NCBI GenBank assembly: GCA_021778015.1
Contig: JAJYCX010000009.1
Coordinates: 12,522-76,521, forward strand
Length of the DNA: 64,000 nt
Source of the DNA: Pseudomonadota bacterium
GTDB lineage: Bacteria > Pseudomonadota > Gammaproteobacteria > UBA1113
Direction of reading: 5' to 3'
Part shown: positions 25,764 through 35,599 of the stretch, in pieces
Layout of the letters: every line of letters begins with the position of its first letter
Numbering within the stretch: the first letter of the stretch is position 1
Position numbers and translations under genes: made by a program
Notes under the pieces: model-generated
What the model saw: the letters and a program-made list of their open reading frames with translations, nothing else
Told to the model about the DNA's origin: nothing
The model's database searches: none

Positions 25764-26138
25764 ATGAACCCATTTGAACGTTTTTTGTCCAGTTTACGCA
25801 AAACCGTGGTGGAAATCCGCTGCGAAGATGCGGCAAAAGCCGTGCAAGCAGGACTAGCTCTCTTGATTGATATCCGCGAACAAAACGAATGGCAACAAGC
25901 ACATATCCCTGGATCCATACATCTAGCGCGCAGCATAATAGAAATACAAATAGGCGCTATAGTCCCTAATTTAGCAACCCCTATTATCCTATATTGCAGC
26001 GGCGGCATACGTTCGCTCTTGGCGGCAGAAAATCTACAACGCATCGGCTACACGGAAGTTAAATCTTTAGCAGGCGGCTGTAAATCTTGGTGCAATGCGG
26101 GTTTGCCTTTTTTACAACAATCACTCACTTTAGTATAA
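25764..26138 (+). CDS. rhodanese-domain sulfurtransferase
   Basis: 124 aa with the active-site loop YCSGGIRS (CxxGxR). Confidence 0.8.
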   Translation: MNPFERFLSSLRKTVVEIRCEDAAKAVQAGLALLIDIREQNEWQQAHIPGSIHLARSIIEIQIGAIVPNLATPIILYCSGGIRSLLAAENLQRIGYTEVKSLAGGCKSWCNAGLPFLQQSLTLV

Positions 26139-26146
26139 GGTTATTT

Positions 26147-26560
26147 ATGACATCATTAGACCCAACTCTTTTTGAAAAAGCACGTTCAGCGTTAAACCAT
26201 TCTTATTCCCCTTATTCTCGTTTCCCTGTAAGTTGTTGTATTAAAACCACTACCGGAAAATACTATACGGGCGTAAATATAGAAAATGCTGCTTATCCCT
26301 TATCATTATGTTCTGAAGCAGTCGCTATAAGCCACATGGTTAAAGAAGGCGAAAAAAATATTTCTGAAATTTTTATTATCGGTCTAGGAGATGCTTTATG
26401 TACACCCTGCGGTGCCTGTAGACAACGCATCCGTGAATTTGCCAGTGATGATGCACTCATTCACATAGGAGATGACAAAGGCCATCGTGCCACTTTCACC
26501 TTGGGCGAATTATTACCCTATTCATTTGGTCCACATAATTTGGAGCTAGCTCATGACTGA
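26147..26560 (+). CDS. cdd: cytidine deaminase
   Basis: Trimmed to ATG 26147 (TAAGG RBS); 137 aa. Zinc motifs CSEAVA (CAE-type) and CTPCGACRQ. Confidence 0.85.
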   Translation: MTSLDPTLFEKARSALNHSYSPYSRFPVSCCIKTTTGKYYTGVNIENAAYPLSLCSEAVAISHMVKEGEKNISEIFIIGLGDALCTPCGACRQRIREFASDDALIHIGDDKGHRATFTLGELLPYSFGPHNLELAHD

Positions 26561-27371
26561 AGCCGCTTTTAATGCTAAAACGTTTATTCAAAAACAAAAA
26601 CCCAATTTCATTCCTAAATTAGGCTTGATCTTAGGCTCTGGGTTAAGTGAAATTGCAGCAAGCCTAGAAGATATTACCACTATTTCCTATGGCGACATTC
26701 CCGGGTTCATTCAAACGACTATCAGCGGTCATGCGGGCGTATTGTCTTTGGGCTATCTAAATGGCGTGCCCACAGTTTGTTTACAAGGACGCAAACATTA
26801 TTATGAAGGATTCAACAATGAAATCATTAAAACGTATATACGCACTTTAAAATTATTGGGCGTGGAGATTTTATTCCTCACCAATGCAGCAGGTTCCTTG
26901 CATCAAGACGTTCCTGCGGGTAGTTTGATGATGATAACCGATCACATCAATTTTCAAGGCCAAAATCCTTTAATTGGTCCTAATGATGAAGCTTTCGGCC
27001 CACGCTTTTTTGGCATGGAAAATGCGTATGACCCAGAACTACGCGAGAAACTCGCTACCGTTGCTAAAGATTTAGAGTTACATTTGGCACAAGGTGTTTA
27101 TATCTCTGCTTTAGGCCCCATGTTCGAAACGCCTGCCGAAATCCGTGCTTTTAGATTATTAGGTGCCGATGCCGTAGGCATGTCTACCGTGCCTGAAGTC
27201 ATTGCGGCGCGTCATTGTGGTTTACGCGTGGTAGCTGTTTCGGCTATCACTAATTTAGCTGCAGGGATGAACAAAGAGGCCTTGACTCACGAAGATACTT
27301 TGTATCAGGGCGAAAAAGCCGCGAAGGTCATGCAAAAACTTATCTTTGGTTTTACGCAGGAATTATCTTAA
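26553..27371 (+). CDS. purine nucleoside phosphorylase (trimeric PNP-I, inosine/guanosine type)
   Basis: 272 aa with typical motifs GHAGVL, GRKHYYEG and GMSTVPEV. Confidence 0.85.
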   Translation: MTEAAFNAKTFIQKQKPNFIPKLGLILGSGLSEIAASLEDITTISYGDIPGFIQTTISGHAGVLSLGYLNGVPTVCLQGRKHYYEGFNNEIIKTYIRTLKLLGVEILFLTNAAGSLHQDVPAGSLMMITDHINFQGQNPLIGPNDEAFGPRFFGMENAYDPELREKLATVAKDLELHLAQGVYISALGPMFETPAEIRAFRLLGADAVGMSTVPEVIAARHCGLRVVAVSAITNLAAGMNKEALTHEDTLYQGEKAAKVMQKLIFGFTQELS

Positions 27372-28123
27372 TGTACAACATACAAGAAACTCAATCCGCA
27401 ATTGATGCTGCGGTTGCCGCACCTTTAGAGCCAGCGCTAGTCGCACTCTTACGCGGTTTAATTGATTTAACCTATCTAGGTGAAAAGGAAGATAACGCCA
27501 TAGATGAATTGTGCACTAAGGCTAAAGGTGTGGCCGCGGTGTGCGTTTATCCCTATTACATTGCGCGCGTTAAAGATAAACTAGCCGATAAAAAAACAAA
27601 AATTGCTACTGTGGTTAATTTTCCACAGGGCAATTCTAGTCTAGACACAGTACTGCAAGAGATTGATTCTGCTATAGCACTGCATGCCGATGAAATCGAT
27701 GTGGTTCTACCCTATCACGATTTTATCAATGGTCAGTTTCATGAAGTCAATCAATTCTTAGTTGCTGTGCGTAAGCGTTGCGGAAATAAAATCTTAAAAA
27801 TTATCATTGAATCCGGCGCATTGCAAAAAACAGCGCTCATTCGTTTGGCAGGACAAATGGTCATAGACAGCGGCGCTGATTTTATTAAAACCTCCACCGG
27901 CAAAGTTGAAGTAGGTGCGACTCTAGAAGCGGCTTATACTTTATTAACATTGATTGAACAAAGCAAAAATCCTGCTGTAGGTTTAAAATTATCGGGTGGG
28001 ATACGTACCGTTGCTGATGCTCATGCCTATGTGTACTTAGCACGCGCCGTCATGGGCAAAGCGTGGTTAACTCCGCGTACGTTGAGAATAGGTGCGAGTA
28101 AGTTGGTGGATGATTTGTCGTAG
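27371..28123 (+). CDS. deoC: deoxyribose-phosphate aldolase
   Basis: 250 aa with the Schiff-base lysine context DFIKTSTGK. Confidence 0.85.
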   Translation: MYNIQETQSAIDAAVAAPLEPALVALLRGLIDLTYLGEKEDNAIDELCTKAKGVAAVCVYPYYIARVKDKLADKKTKIATVVNFPQGNSSLDTVLQEIDSAIALHADEIDVVLPYHDFINGQFHEVNQFLVAVRKRCGNKILKIIIESGALQKTALIRLAGQMVIDSGADFIKTSTGKVEVGATLEAAYTLLTLIEQSKNPAVGLKLSGGIRTVADAHAYVYLARAVMGKAWLTPRTLRIGASKLVDDLS

Positions 28124-28127
28124 GCTT

Positions 28128-28640
28128 GTCATTGCACGTTGAAAGATCTCCGAGAATATTAGTTACGCTAGGTTTTTGATGTATCCACACATCTGAGATG
28201 ATTTTGATAACTTAGATTTACCCGGCCGTCATTGCTGTAAAGGTTAAGTAATTCGTTGATAGAATAGTAGTAGAGTCTCAACGAACTCCAAAATTTCACG
28301 ATACGATTGTTATCCGCGGAACCCGTCATTGCGAGCAAACGAGTACTGAATATATAATAAAAAATATGAACAGTAGCAACAGTAGAATGATTAAGTTGTA
28401 CGAAACTAAACGAGAGCAGCGTGGCAATCCAGTAAAACACTCAATCTATATACCTCACAGAGCTTTATAACCTTCACTCTATATAATAGCGTTCATTTTC
28501 ATTGTTAAAACGATGGATTGCCACACTGCGCTCGTCCGATTTCGTGCGACTTTATTATTTCGTAAATATCATCGTACAGTGAGACTATTGTAGATCAGCT
28601 ACTCGCTTGCTCGCAATGACGGACTCCGCGCAGTTGTTAT
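28128..28640. repeat. family-A composite nested palindromic element
   Basis: Modules GTCATTGCAC..., CGTCATTGCTGTAAAGGTTAAGTAATTCGTTGATA, GAGTCTCAACGAA...CGTCATTGCGAGC, GGCAATCCAG / TGGATTGCC and ...CTCGCAATGACGG. The same modules occur at 9961, 34918 and 56757. Confidence 0.85.
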
Positions 28641-28696
28641 GTTTCAATACTTTATCTGCTAAATTAGTGGAGATCACGAAGCTCGTATCGATATTG

Positions 28697-29062
28697 CTAT
28701 TTAAACCGTTCTACCACCAAGCCCACTTCCGTATTGCCCGCTAAAGCATGTGGTTTAATCAAGGTTAAGCGTATGTGCTTACAGGGATATGATTTTAAAA
28801 TATGGCTACAGATTTTATCGGCTAAAGATTCAATTAAATTACACTGCAGTGAATCTAATAAAATTCTTAAATCCTCAACCAAGGCGCTATAGTCCCAAGC
28901 ATTTTTTAGATTGTCATTGGCCGCTGCAGGGCGGATGTCGTAATCTAATTCTAAATCTAAAATGACAGTTTGTTTTATCTTTTTTTCATAAGCATAAACA
29001 CCGATCGCCGTTTTTAAGGCTAATTTGCGGATAATTAAAGTATCGCTTGTTGTTACAGCCAT
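28697..29062 (-). CDS. folB: dihydroneopterin aldolase
   Basis: 121 aa, FolB-like (IGVYAYEKKIKQ..., ...LIKP). Confidence 0.75.
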   Translation of the reverse strand: MAVTTSDTLIIRKLALKTAIGVYAYEKKIKQTVILDLELDYDIRPAAANDNLKNAWDYSALVEDLRILLDSLQCNLIESLADKICSHILKSYPCKHIRLTLIKPHALAGNTEVGLVVERFK

Positions 29063-30111
29063 TTTCGTTTCTTAAATAAAATGGCTAATACGACGCCTAT
29101 CACCACCATGCCGGAAATTACATAAATGTAACCATTAGCCCAGTGGGTTTCCGGCATATTTAAGAAGTTCATGCCGTAAATACCAGTGATAAAAGTGAGT
29201 GGTGAAAATAACATCGCCCATACCGTTGCTTTACGTTGCACTTCGTTGGAAACAAAGGTTTTTTGATTCACCAATGATAAATGCACATCTAACATATGCG
29301 AAGTCATATCTCTATAGATTTCAATGATGTCTATCAAGCGAATGACGTGGTCATAACAATCGCGCAAATACACTTTAGTGTGTTCACTTAAGAGATCGTT
29401 ATCGTCGCGTATCAAAGCTCGTATAGCTTCACGTTGTGGCCGCAGCTTTAAACGCAATACCAATAATTCGCGCTTAATGGTATATAAGGTTTGGAATGTT
29501 TCCACCCCCTCTGGACCAAACAGTTCTTGTTCTACTTGTTCGATTTCATCATCAAATTCATCGATGATAGGGAAAGAACGATCGATGATAACGTCTACCA
29601 ATACATACAACAGATAATCGAGCTTTTGATGTCGCAAGGGTGCTTGCGGATGATGCAAACGTCTACGCACAGCACGGAAAGGATCGGTTTCACCTTTATG
29701 GAAACTCACTAAGAAATTAGTGCCTAAAAACAAAGATACTTGCTCGTTGATGATGCGGGTGCCTTGTTTGGTTGGCATGCCCAAAATGACTAATATCTGA
29801 TTTTCATAGGTTTCTGTCTTGGAGCGCTCACCCAAGGTGATAACGTCTTCTAAAGCCAAAGGATGCAGATGAAATAAACGCCCAAATTCGAGCATAACGG
29901 ACGGCCGTGGCTGGCCCTGCACGTGGATCCAGGTAAAGGAGTCGCCGCTCAAAAAGCTTTGGCAAGCGGTTGCGGAAATATCGCTGCGCTCGGTCACGCT
30001 GTCTGCCGTATAGTTGATCAAAGTGATACTGATCGGTGTTTCGCTGGCAGGATCGATTACCGGCGATAGTTCTGCGGTGTATTGTTCGTCGTCTTCAAAT
30101 TGCTCGTCCAC
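29053..30111 (-). CDS. corA: magnesium/cobalt transporter CorA
   Basis: 352 aa with a YGMNF motif before the last TM segment. GTG start. Confidence 0.85.
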   Translation of the reverse strand: MDEQFEDDEQYTAELSPVIDPASETPISITLINYTADSVTERSDISATACQSFLSGDSFTWIHVQGQPRPSVMLEFGRLFHLHPLALEDVITLGERSKTETYENQILVILGMPTKQGTRIINEQVSLFLGTNFLVSFHKGETDPFRAVRRRLHHPQAPLRHQKLDYLLYVLVDVIIDRSFPIIDEFDDEIEQVEQELFGPEGVETFQTLYTIKRELLVLRLKLRPQREAIRALIRDDNDLLSEHTKVYLRDCYDHVIRLIDIIEIYRDMTSHMLDVHLSLVNQKTFVSNEVQRKATVWAMLFSPLTFITGIYGMNFLNMPETHWANGYIYVISGMVVIGVVLAILFKKRKWL

Positions 30112-30172
30112 CCTCTACCCCCCCCTTTCCTAAAGCAGCGCGTCAGGCATTATAACTCAAATAGCGGGCTAG

Positions 30173-32065
30173 TTAAACCTCATAGCGTAAAACAACTTCC
30201 ACGACGCTTTGTACCGGCAATTTAAAGAATTCTGTCGCTGGCAGTGCATTATTAGCTAAAAATATATACAATCTTTCACTAAATCCCGTCAATACGTTGG
30301 TATGTGAGCTTCTATCAACGGAAGCCTTGGGCGTAGCCCTGGTGATAAAAAAGGATAAAGCCTCCGTAGCACTCAAAATCCCTTCTTTCTCGGCCCAATG
30401 AATCACCTTGTTTAAATCGGGAATTTCCTTAAAACCATAATGCGCTTCAATATGATAAGTATTAGGTTCTAATTGTTGTACTAGGTACTTCTTCTGAAAA
30501 GATATCCAGGGTCGGCTGTGCGTACCGATGCTGATAAAGATATTCTTTTCATGTAAAAATTTATTGTGTTGTACCTGAATTTCTAAGGATTTAGGTACGC
30601 GATCGGCCCAGCGCGTCAAATGCACTGCCGTACCCGGCAAGGTCTGTGGATAATGCTGCCTACATTCTTTTAAGTAATCCAGCAAATGAACTTCTTTAAA
30701 CTGCTGTTGCACACCTTTAGCGTGCTGCCCCGTACGCCATACCCACATCAGATAAAACACCGCCATTGAAATCAACAAGGTATACCATGCACCCTCGATA
30801 ATTTTAACCACGTTGGTTGAGAAGAAGATTAGATCTACTAACAATAGCGGCATAAAAAATAGAGCCAAATGCAATGGTTTCCATTTCCAATCGTAACGCG
30901 CCATAAAGATGATCAGCAAGGTAGTCAATAGCATACAGCTGGCAATACTCAATCCATAGGCCACGGACAGCGCTTCCGTGGTGCGGAAAGATATCACCGT
31001 TAATAACGTCAATACATACATCACCATATTGACTATGGGCACATATACCTGGCCAATTTGAACCCGTGAGGTATAAATGACATTCATGCGCGGTAAATAG
31101 TTAAGCATAATGGCTTGCCAACTCACAGAAAACATTCCGGAAATCACCGCTTGTGAAGCAATTACCGTCGCCATAGTCGCCAAAATAATCAACGGCAAGA
31201 TGAAAAAATGTGGTGACAGTAAAAAGAATGGATTGCTAATCGCTCCCGGCGTGCGCAACAACAAAGCCCCTTGCCCTAGGTAATTAAGCAATAATGCCGG
31301 GAAAACAAAAAAGGTCCATGCATATTGAATGGGTTTTCTGCCAAAATGCCCTAGATCGGCATATAAGGCTTCAGCTCCCGTAACCACCAAAATGACAGCA
31401 CCCATGGTAAGAAAACCACTCCAATGATTATGCGTAAAAAACATAAATGCGTAATGGGGACTCAATGCTTTGAGGATCTCTGGGGTCTGCAAAATACTAC
31501 CTAAACCTAATAAGGCCAAGATACTAAACCATAAAATCATGATGGGGCCAAAAAGACTGCCTATCACTGCAGTGCCTCGTTTCTGAAAGAAAAACAAAAC
31601 GGTTAATACTACACAAGATAGCTGGACTATGTGACCGTCAAATTTATTGGTTACGGTATGCAAACCTTCTAAGGCACCCAATACTGAAATAGCGGGCGTT
31701 AATATGCCATCGCTGAAAAATAAGGCTATACCTATGGTACCTAACAATAGTGGTAATTTTTTTAAGCCTTTTACATTGAGTCGTGAACACAATAACGATA
31801 AAGCGAATAAACCGCCTTCACCCTGGTTATTGACTTTTAAAACGATGTAAACGTATTTAACACTCACCACTAAAAACAATGTCCAGGCAAATAAGCTACA
31901 GATCCCAAATACATTTAAAGGTGTAACACTCAAATAGCCTATTACAAAACAGCTTTTCATCGCATACAAAGGGCTCGTGCCTATGTCGCCAAAAACGACC
32001 CCTATGGATGCCAATAATAATGGCCAGGTAGGGCCTTTTTTTTCTGCTCTTTCTTCTATCGTCAT
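30173..32065 (-). CDS. kup: potassium uptake transporter Kup
   Basis: 630 aa with the Kup/HAK N-terminus GVVFGDIGTSPLYA. Confidence 0.92.
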   Translation of the reverse strand: MTIEERAEKKGPTWPLLLASIGVVFGDIGTSPLYAMKSCFVIGYLSVTPLNVFGICSLFAWTLFLVVSVKYVYIVLKVNNQGEGGLFALSLLCSRLNVKGLKKLPLLLGTIGIALFFSDGILTPAISVLGALEGLHTVTNKFDGHIVQLSCVVLTVLFFFQKRGTAVIGSLFGPIMILWFSILALLGLGSILQTPEILKALSPHYAFMFFTHNHWSGFLTMGAVILVVTGAEALYADLGHFGRKPIQYAWTFFVFPALLLNYLGQGALLLRTPGAISNPFFLLSPHFFILPLIILATMATVIASQAVISGMFSVSWQAIMLNYLPRMNVIYTSRVQIGQVYVPIVNMVMYVLTLLTVISFRTTEALSVAYGLSIASCMLLTTLLIIFMARYDWKWKPLHLALFFMPLLLVDLIFFSTNVVKIIEGAWYTLLISMAVFYLMWVWRTGQHAKGVQQQFKEVHLLDYLKECRQHYPQTLPGTAVHLTRWADRVPKSLEIQVQHNKFLHEKNIFISIGTHSRPWISFQKKYLVQQLEPNTYHIEAHYGFKEIPDLNKVIHWAEKEGILSATEALSFFITRATPKASVDRSSHTNVLTGFSERLYIFLANNALPATEFFKLPVQSVVEVVLRYEV

Positions 32066-32319
32066 GAATAATTACTTCTTGTTAAGGTAGAATGATGCAA
32101 TACCCAATAAACCACCGCCACAAAAACACCGCCTAGCAATGTTGCAAAAGCCCACATCACTCCGGATACCAATAATGTTTTAGCGCCCGTCTTTTCCAAA
32201 TGCCCCGCATCACGCGCCACTGCCGCGGCAAAAACCACATGCAAAATGACTTGTATTGCTAAAAACAAATACTGTAATGTTTGCAGCGAACCGCCTAAAT
32301 AAGTTGAAATTTGCCCCAT
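32062..32319 (-). CDS. small hydrophobic protein (2-3 TM), stop overlaps kup start
   Basis: 85 aa with an ATGA overlap onto kup. I do not recognise a family. Confidence 0.35.
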   Translation of the reverse strand: MGQISTYLGGSLQTLQYLFLAIQVILHVVFAAAVARDAGHLEKTGAKTLLVSGVMWAFATLLGGVFVAVVYWVLHHSTLTRSNYS

Positions 32320-32336
32320 GTTTTTTCCTTTCTATT

Positions 32337-32981
32337 TTAAATCCAGCGCGCCGTTGTCGTCATCACTTTTGCTATCCTCTGCATCAACGCCGAAATGGGT
32401 TTAGGCAACGATGCCGCGCCTGCGTTGATGGCCTGTGTAGCATGACGCGCTTCATCCTCATACATGAGGGTTATAATTTCACGACTGCGCGTATCCGCTG
32501 CAGGCAAGCATTGTAAATGTGAATTTAAATGGACCATTACTTGATGCTCCGTTTCAGTCACAAAGCCTAAGCTCCATTTGTCCCCTACAAACCCAGCAAT
32601 AGCGCCTATCATAAACGATCCTGCATACCAAAACAGCGCCAAATAACTGGTATGACTGTCTAATTCAATTAAACGTGTTTCGCACCAAGCCAGATGGTCG
32701 ACTTCTTCTAAAGCGGCTTGCTGCATGGCTGCGGCCACCTGTGGATTGCGCGCAGTTAGGGCTTGTGCTTGGTATAGGCCCTGCGCTGCCAATTCGCCTG
32801 CATGGTTCACGCGCATACATTGTGCAGAAAGGCGTTTTTCTAGAGTAGTGAGTGTGGGAGTTGAACTTTGTGCAGGACTAGGGCGCTCCGCTACGGCGGA
32901 CGTACACAGTGTTTTTAACGCCGCATCAAATTGTAGAATTAAACTTTCAACGAATCCTCGTCTTGCATTAAGAATGTTCAT
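32337..32981 (-). CDS. coq7: demethoxyubiquinone hydroxylase Coq7 (di-iron)
   Basis: Trimmed to ATG 32981 (GGGGGA RBS); 214 aa. Di-iron motifs NHAGELAA, EEVDH and DEARH. Confidence 0.85.
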   Translation of the reverse strand: MNILNARRGFVESLILQFDAALKTLCTSAVAERPSPAQSSTPTLTTLEKRLSAQCMRVNHAGELAAQGLYQAQALTARNPQVAAAMQQAALEEVDHLAWCETRLIELDSHTSYLALFWYAGSFMIGAIAGFVGDKWSLGFVTETEHQVMVHLNSHLQCLPAADTRSREIITLMYEDEARHATQAINAGAASLPKPISALMQRIAKVMTTTARWI

Positions 32982-33112
32982 TTTATCCCCCATAATATCA
33001 TAGTGATGAATATTAATGGTATTTAACAATGCCTAACCGTAGCTACCCCTCCGCGCCCTAACGGTCGCGGAATTACGCCTAACCTTAACATATCTGCACG
33101 CTAAAGAGTACT

Positions 33113-33275
33113 AGAGCCTATAGCTAAAGCGTTTATCGGCTGCAAAATGAGTATAATCGGTGTAAATACACCCTCATTCTCGTTAAATAGTACCAGCTAT
33201 TCGTCTCGAATGGGAACGTATTTCCCCCCGATTCTCTCATTTTTCGCTTCAACAAACGCTTTAGCTATAAGCTCT
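33113..33275. repeat. 163-bp palindromic element (third type), 22-bp near-perfect terminal inverted repeats
   Basis: AGAGCCTATAGCTAAAGCGTTT (33113-33134) pairs with AAACGCTTTAGCTATAAGCTCT (33254-33275) at 21/22 positions. Further imperfect inner arms are present. It lies in the divergent coq7/ydgA spacer. Confidence 0.7.
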
Positions 33276-33370
33276 AATTTATTTCAAAAAAAACCGCCTA
33301 AAAGGTTAACATTTCAGTATAAATAGGCTATGATGATGGATAATTTTAATGCAAGACTTAGAGGTTTACT

Positions 33371-34873
33371 ATGCGTAAAGCGGCCATTATCACCAGTGTA
33401 GGCATCATCGTTGCCTTTTTTTTAGGCACTCCTTATTTCTTTGGGCAAACCAATCAATCCCTCAACGAGGAATTATTAACCCGAACCAATCATTTATTAC
33501 AAGGCAAAGGCGAACAACTGCCCGTGTCACAAGAGGATGTGGTCGCCAGTTTTGTCATAGATGAAAAAATTTATCATGGCCCTTTTTATTGGGGAAAAGA
33601 TGCTGCAGGCAAATCGCATTTTGGCTTTGGTCGTGGTTATTTTGTTTCGATGGCCAAACCAGACGACAAAACTCGCCAATGGTTACAGGCGCAAGGGTTT
33701 CAATCCACGGGCGCTAACTGGGAAGAACGCACCGCTGAGATATCTCTACTGGGGAAAATTAACGCCACTAGCCAGGTATCTCCCATCACATTCAAAAATA
33801 GCGATACCACTTTAAATTGGCAAGGTGCTAGCACTAAGATGGTATTATCCCCTGGTTTAAGCAGCCTTAAAGCCAATGTGACCATAGGCCCTTTGTCCTA
33901 TATGCAACAACATGCTGAACTGGAAGTGCCCAGCGCCCATGTGAGTGTAAAACTACTTTACAAAAATGGTTTATGGGTAGGTTCGTCCGAGTTAACCGTG
34001 CCGCAAATTACCACCAGCCGCAACAATAAAGCTGAGATGGCCATAAGCAACTTGCTTTTGCGCGGTAATTCCAATGTTAGCGGCAATTTGCTCAGCACTA
34101 CTGTTACGCTGGGTGCGGACACCGTGCAGATTGGATCAGTAAATTACGGCCCTCTCAGTTATGACTTCAATGCGAAAAATATTGACGCCAATGCCTGGTT
34201 AAAATTAAAGGATTTGGCCTCGCAATATGATGCCTTGATGAGCGCTAATTCATTGGACTATAATTTGAGCCTCAAACATTATCATCGTGGCTGGTTTAAC
34301 TCTAACGCACAAATAGTCTTGACTATAAGCCGCCCTAAACCCGCAGGGATCATTAAGCAACAACTAAACACTTTGACCAGGGAATCCGAGCTGTTGATCG
34401 TCGGCAATGAAATCAACAAAACGCTACCCGCTATAGTCAACAAAGGCGCTCAATTCAGTTTGCTGCCTACGCCGAATCATGCACAGCCCGACCTGTTTCA
34501 AATCAATGCCTCGTTGACATTCCCTAAGGTGTTGCAAGCACAAGACATAGGTCAATTGATTGAAAAAGCCGAAGCGCACGTTAAGATCTTGTTTTTGTCT
34601 GACTTAATCAGAACGGCAACCGCATACCAATATCCTGAAAAAAGCAATGATGATGTCAATACAACGACGCAAACTTTGCTCGACAAATGGGTGAGCTCTG
34701 GCTACTTAAGCCAAACCGATACGCAATATCTTTTTGGTTTAGATTACTCGCAAGGCAATTTAAGCGTGAATGGTAAAACCATGACTGACAATGCTGCTAC
34801 AGTCGTATCTGACAATGTACCCGGAATGGTGATGCCAGTGGCAGGTGCAGTTCCGCCTGCGGCAGGAAAATAG
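33371..34873 (+). CDS. YdgA-like (DUF945) membrane-anchored protein
   Basis: 500 aa with an N-terminal TM segment. The size and C-terminal end (LSVNGKTMT...PGMVMPVAGAVPPAAG) resemble E. coli YdgA. Confidence 0.5.
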   Translation: MRKAAIITSVGIIVAFFLGTPYFFGQTNQSLNEELLTRTNHLLQGKGEQLPVSQEDVVASFVIDEKIYHGPFYWGKDAAGKSHFGFGRGYFVSMAKPDDKTRQWLQAQGFQSTGANWEERTAEISLLGKINATSQVSPITFKNSDTTLNWQGASTKMVLSPGLSSLKANVTIGPLSYMQQHAELEVPSAHVSVKLLYKNGLWVGSSELTVPQITTSRNNKAEMAISNLLLRGNSNVSGNLLSTTVTLGADTVQIGSVNYGPLSYDFNAKNIDANAWLKLKDLASQYDALMSANSLDYNLSLKHYHRGWFNSNAQIVLTISRPKPAGIIKQQLNTLTRESELLIVGNEINKTLPAIVNKGAQFSLLPTPNHAQPDLFQINASLTFPKVLQAQDIGQLIEKAEAHVKILFLSDLIRTATAYQYPEKSNDDVNTTTQTLLDKWVSSGYLSQTDTQYLFGLDYSQGNLSVNGKTMTDNAATVVSDNVPGMVMPVAGAVPPAAGK

Positions 34874-34882
34874 TTTTAGCCT

Positions 34883-34906
34883 CCCCAGATGCGTGTGCAT
34901 CTGGGG
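34883..34906 (+). terminator. candidate intrinsic terminator hairpin after the ydgA-like gene
   Basis: CCCCAGATGC-GTGT-GCATCTGGGG, a 10-bp GC-rich stem 10 nt after the stop. The U-tract (TGTTAT) is weak. Confidence 0.45.
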
Positions 34907-34917
34907 ATGGGTGTTAT

Positions 34918-35470
34918 CGTCATTGCTGTAAAGGTTAAGTAATTCGTTGATAGCTTTTTCCGTATCTATGCGTATATTTCGATAGCGTAGAGCTCACCGT
35001 TCCGTCATTGCGAGCAAACGAGTACTAAATATATAATAGAAAATATGAACGGTAGCAACAGTAGAATGATTAAACTGCAGGAAACTAAACGAGTGCGCGC
35101 GGCAATCCAGTAAAATACTCAATCTATATACTTCACAGAGTTTTATAATTTTCACTGTATATAGCGTTCATTTTCATTGTTAAAACGATGGATTGCCACA
35201 CCGAACTCGTCTGGCTTCGTGCATTTTAATTATTCCGTCGTTATTATCATTCACAGCTTCATTATATATCCAGTACTCGTTTGCTCGCAATGACGGGCTT
35301 CGCGTGTAACACACGTGCCGTGAAGTTTTGGAGTTTGTTGAGACTCTCCTACTATTCTATCAACGAATTACTTAACCTTTACAGCAATCACGGTACGGGA
35401 AGCTCTTTGCTATAAGAACTTGTTTCACAGATATGGATACATCAAAAACCTAGCTTGACTAAATTCGTGA
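34918..35470. repeat. family-A composite nested palindromic element
   Basis: Starts CGTCATTGCTGTAAAGGTTAAGTAATTCGTTGATA and ends with the inverse TATCAACGAATTACTTAACCTTTACAGCAATCACGG plus an extra module. The end coordinate is approximate. Confidence 0.8.
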
Positions 35471-35487
35471 GACTCTCTCAAAACCTT

Positions 35488-35589
35488 CTACGCCTCATCC
35501 TCACCATGATGCAACTCATACCACAAGCCATGCAAGATAGCGAAAGAACATGCAAAGGCTGTACCTAAGATCCAAGCAAAATACCACAT
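35488..35589 (-). CDS. cydX: cytochrome bd oxidase small subunit CydX (not in ORF track)
   Basis: 33 aa, MWYFAWILGTAFACSFAILHGLWYELHHGEDEA. The N-terminal 10 residues are identical to E. coli CydX (MWYFAWILGT...ACSF). It lies 10 nt downstream of cydB. Confidence 0.8.
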   Translation of the reverse strand: MWYFAWILGTAFACSFAILHGLWYELHHGEDEA

Positions 35590-35599
35590 GTTATTCCCC

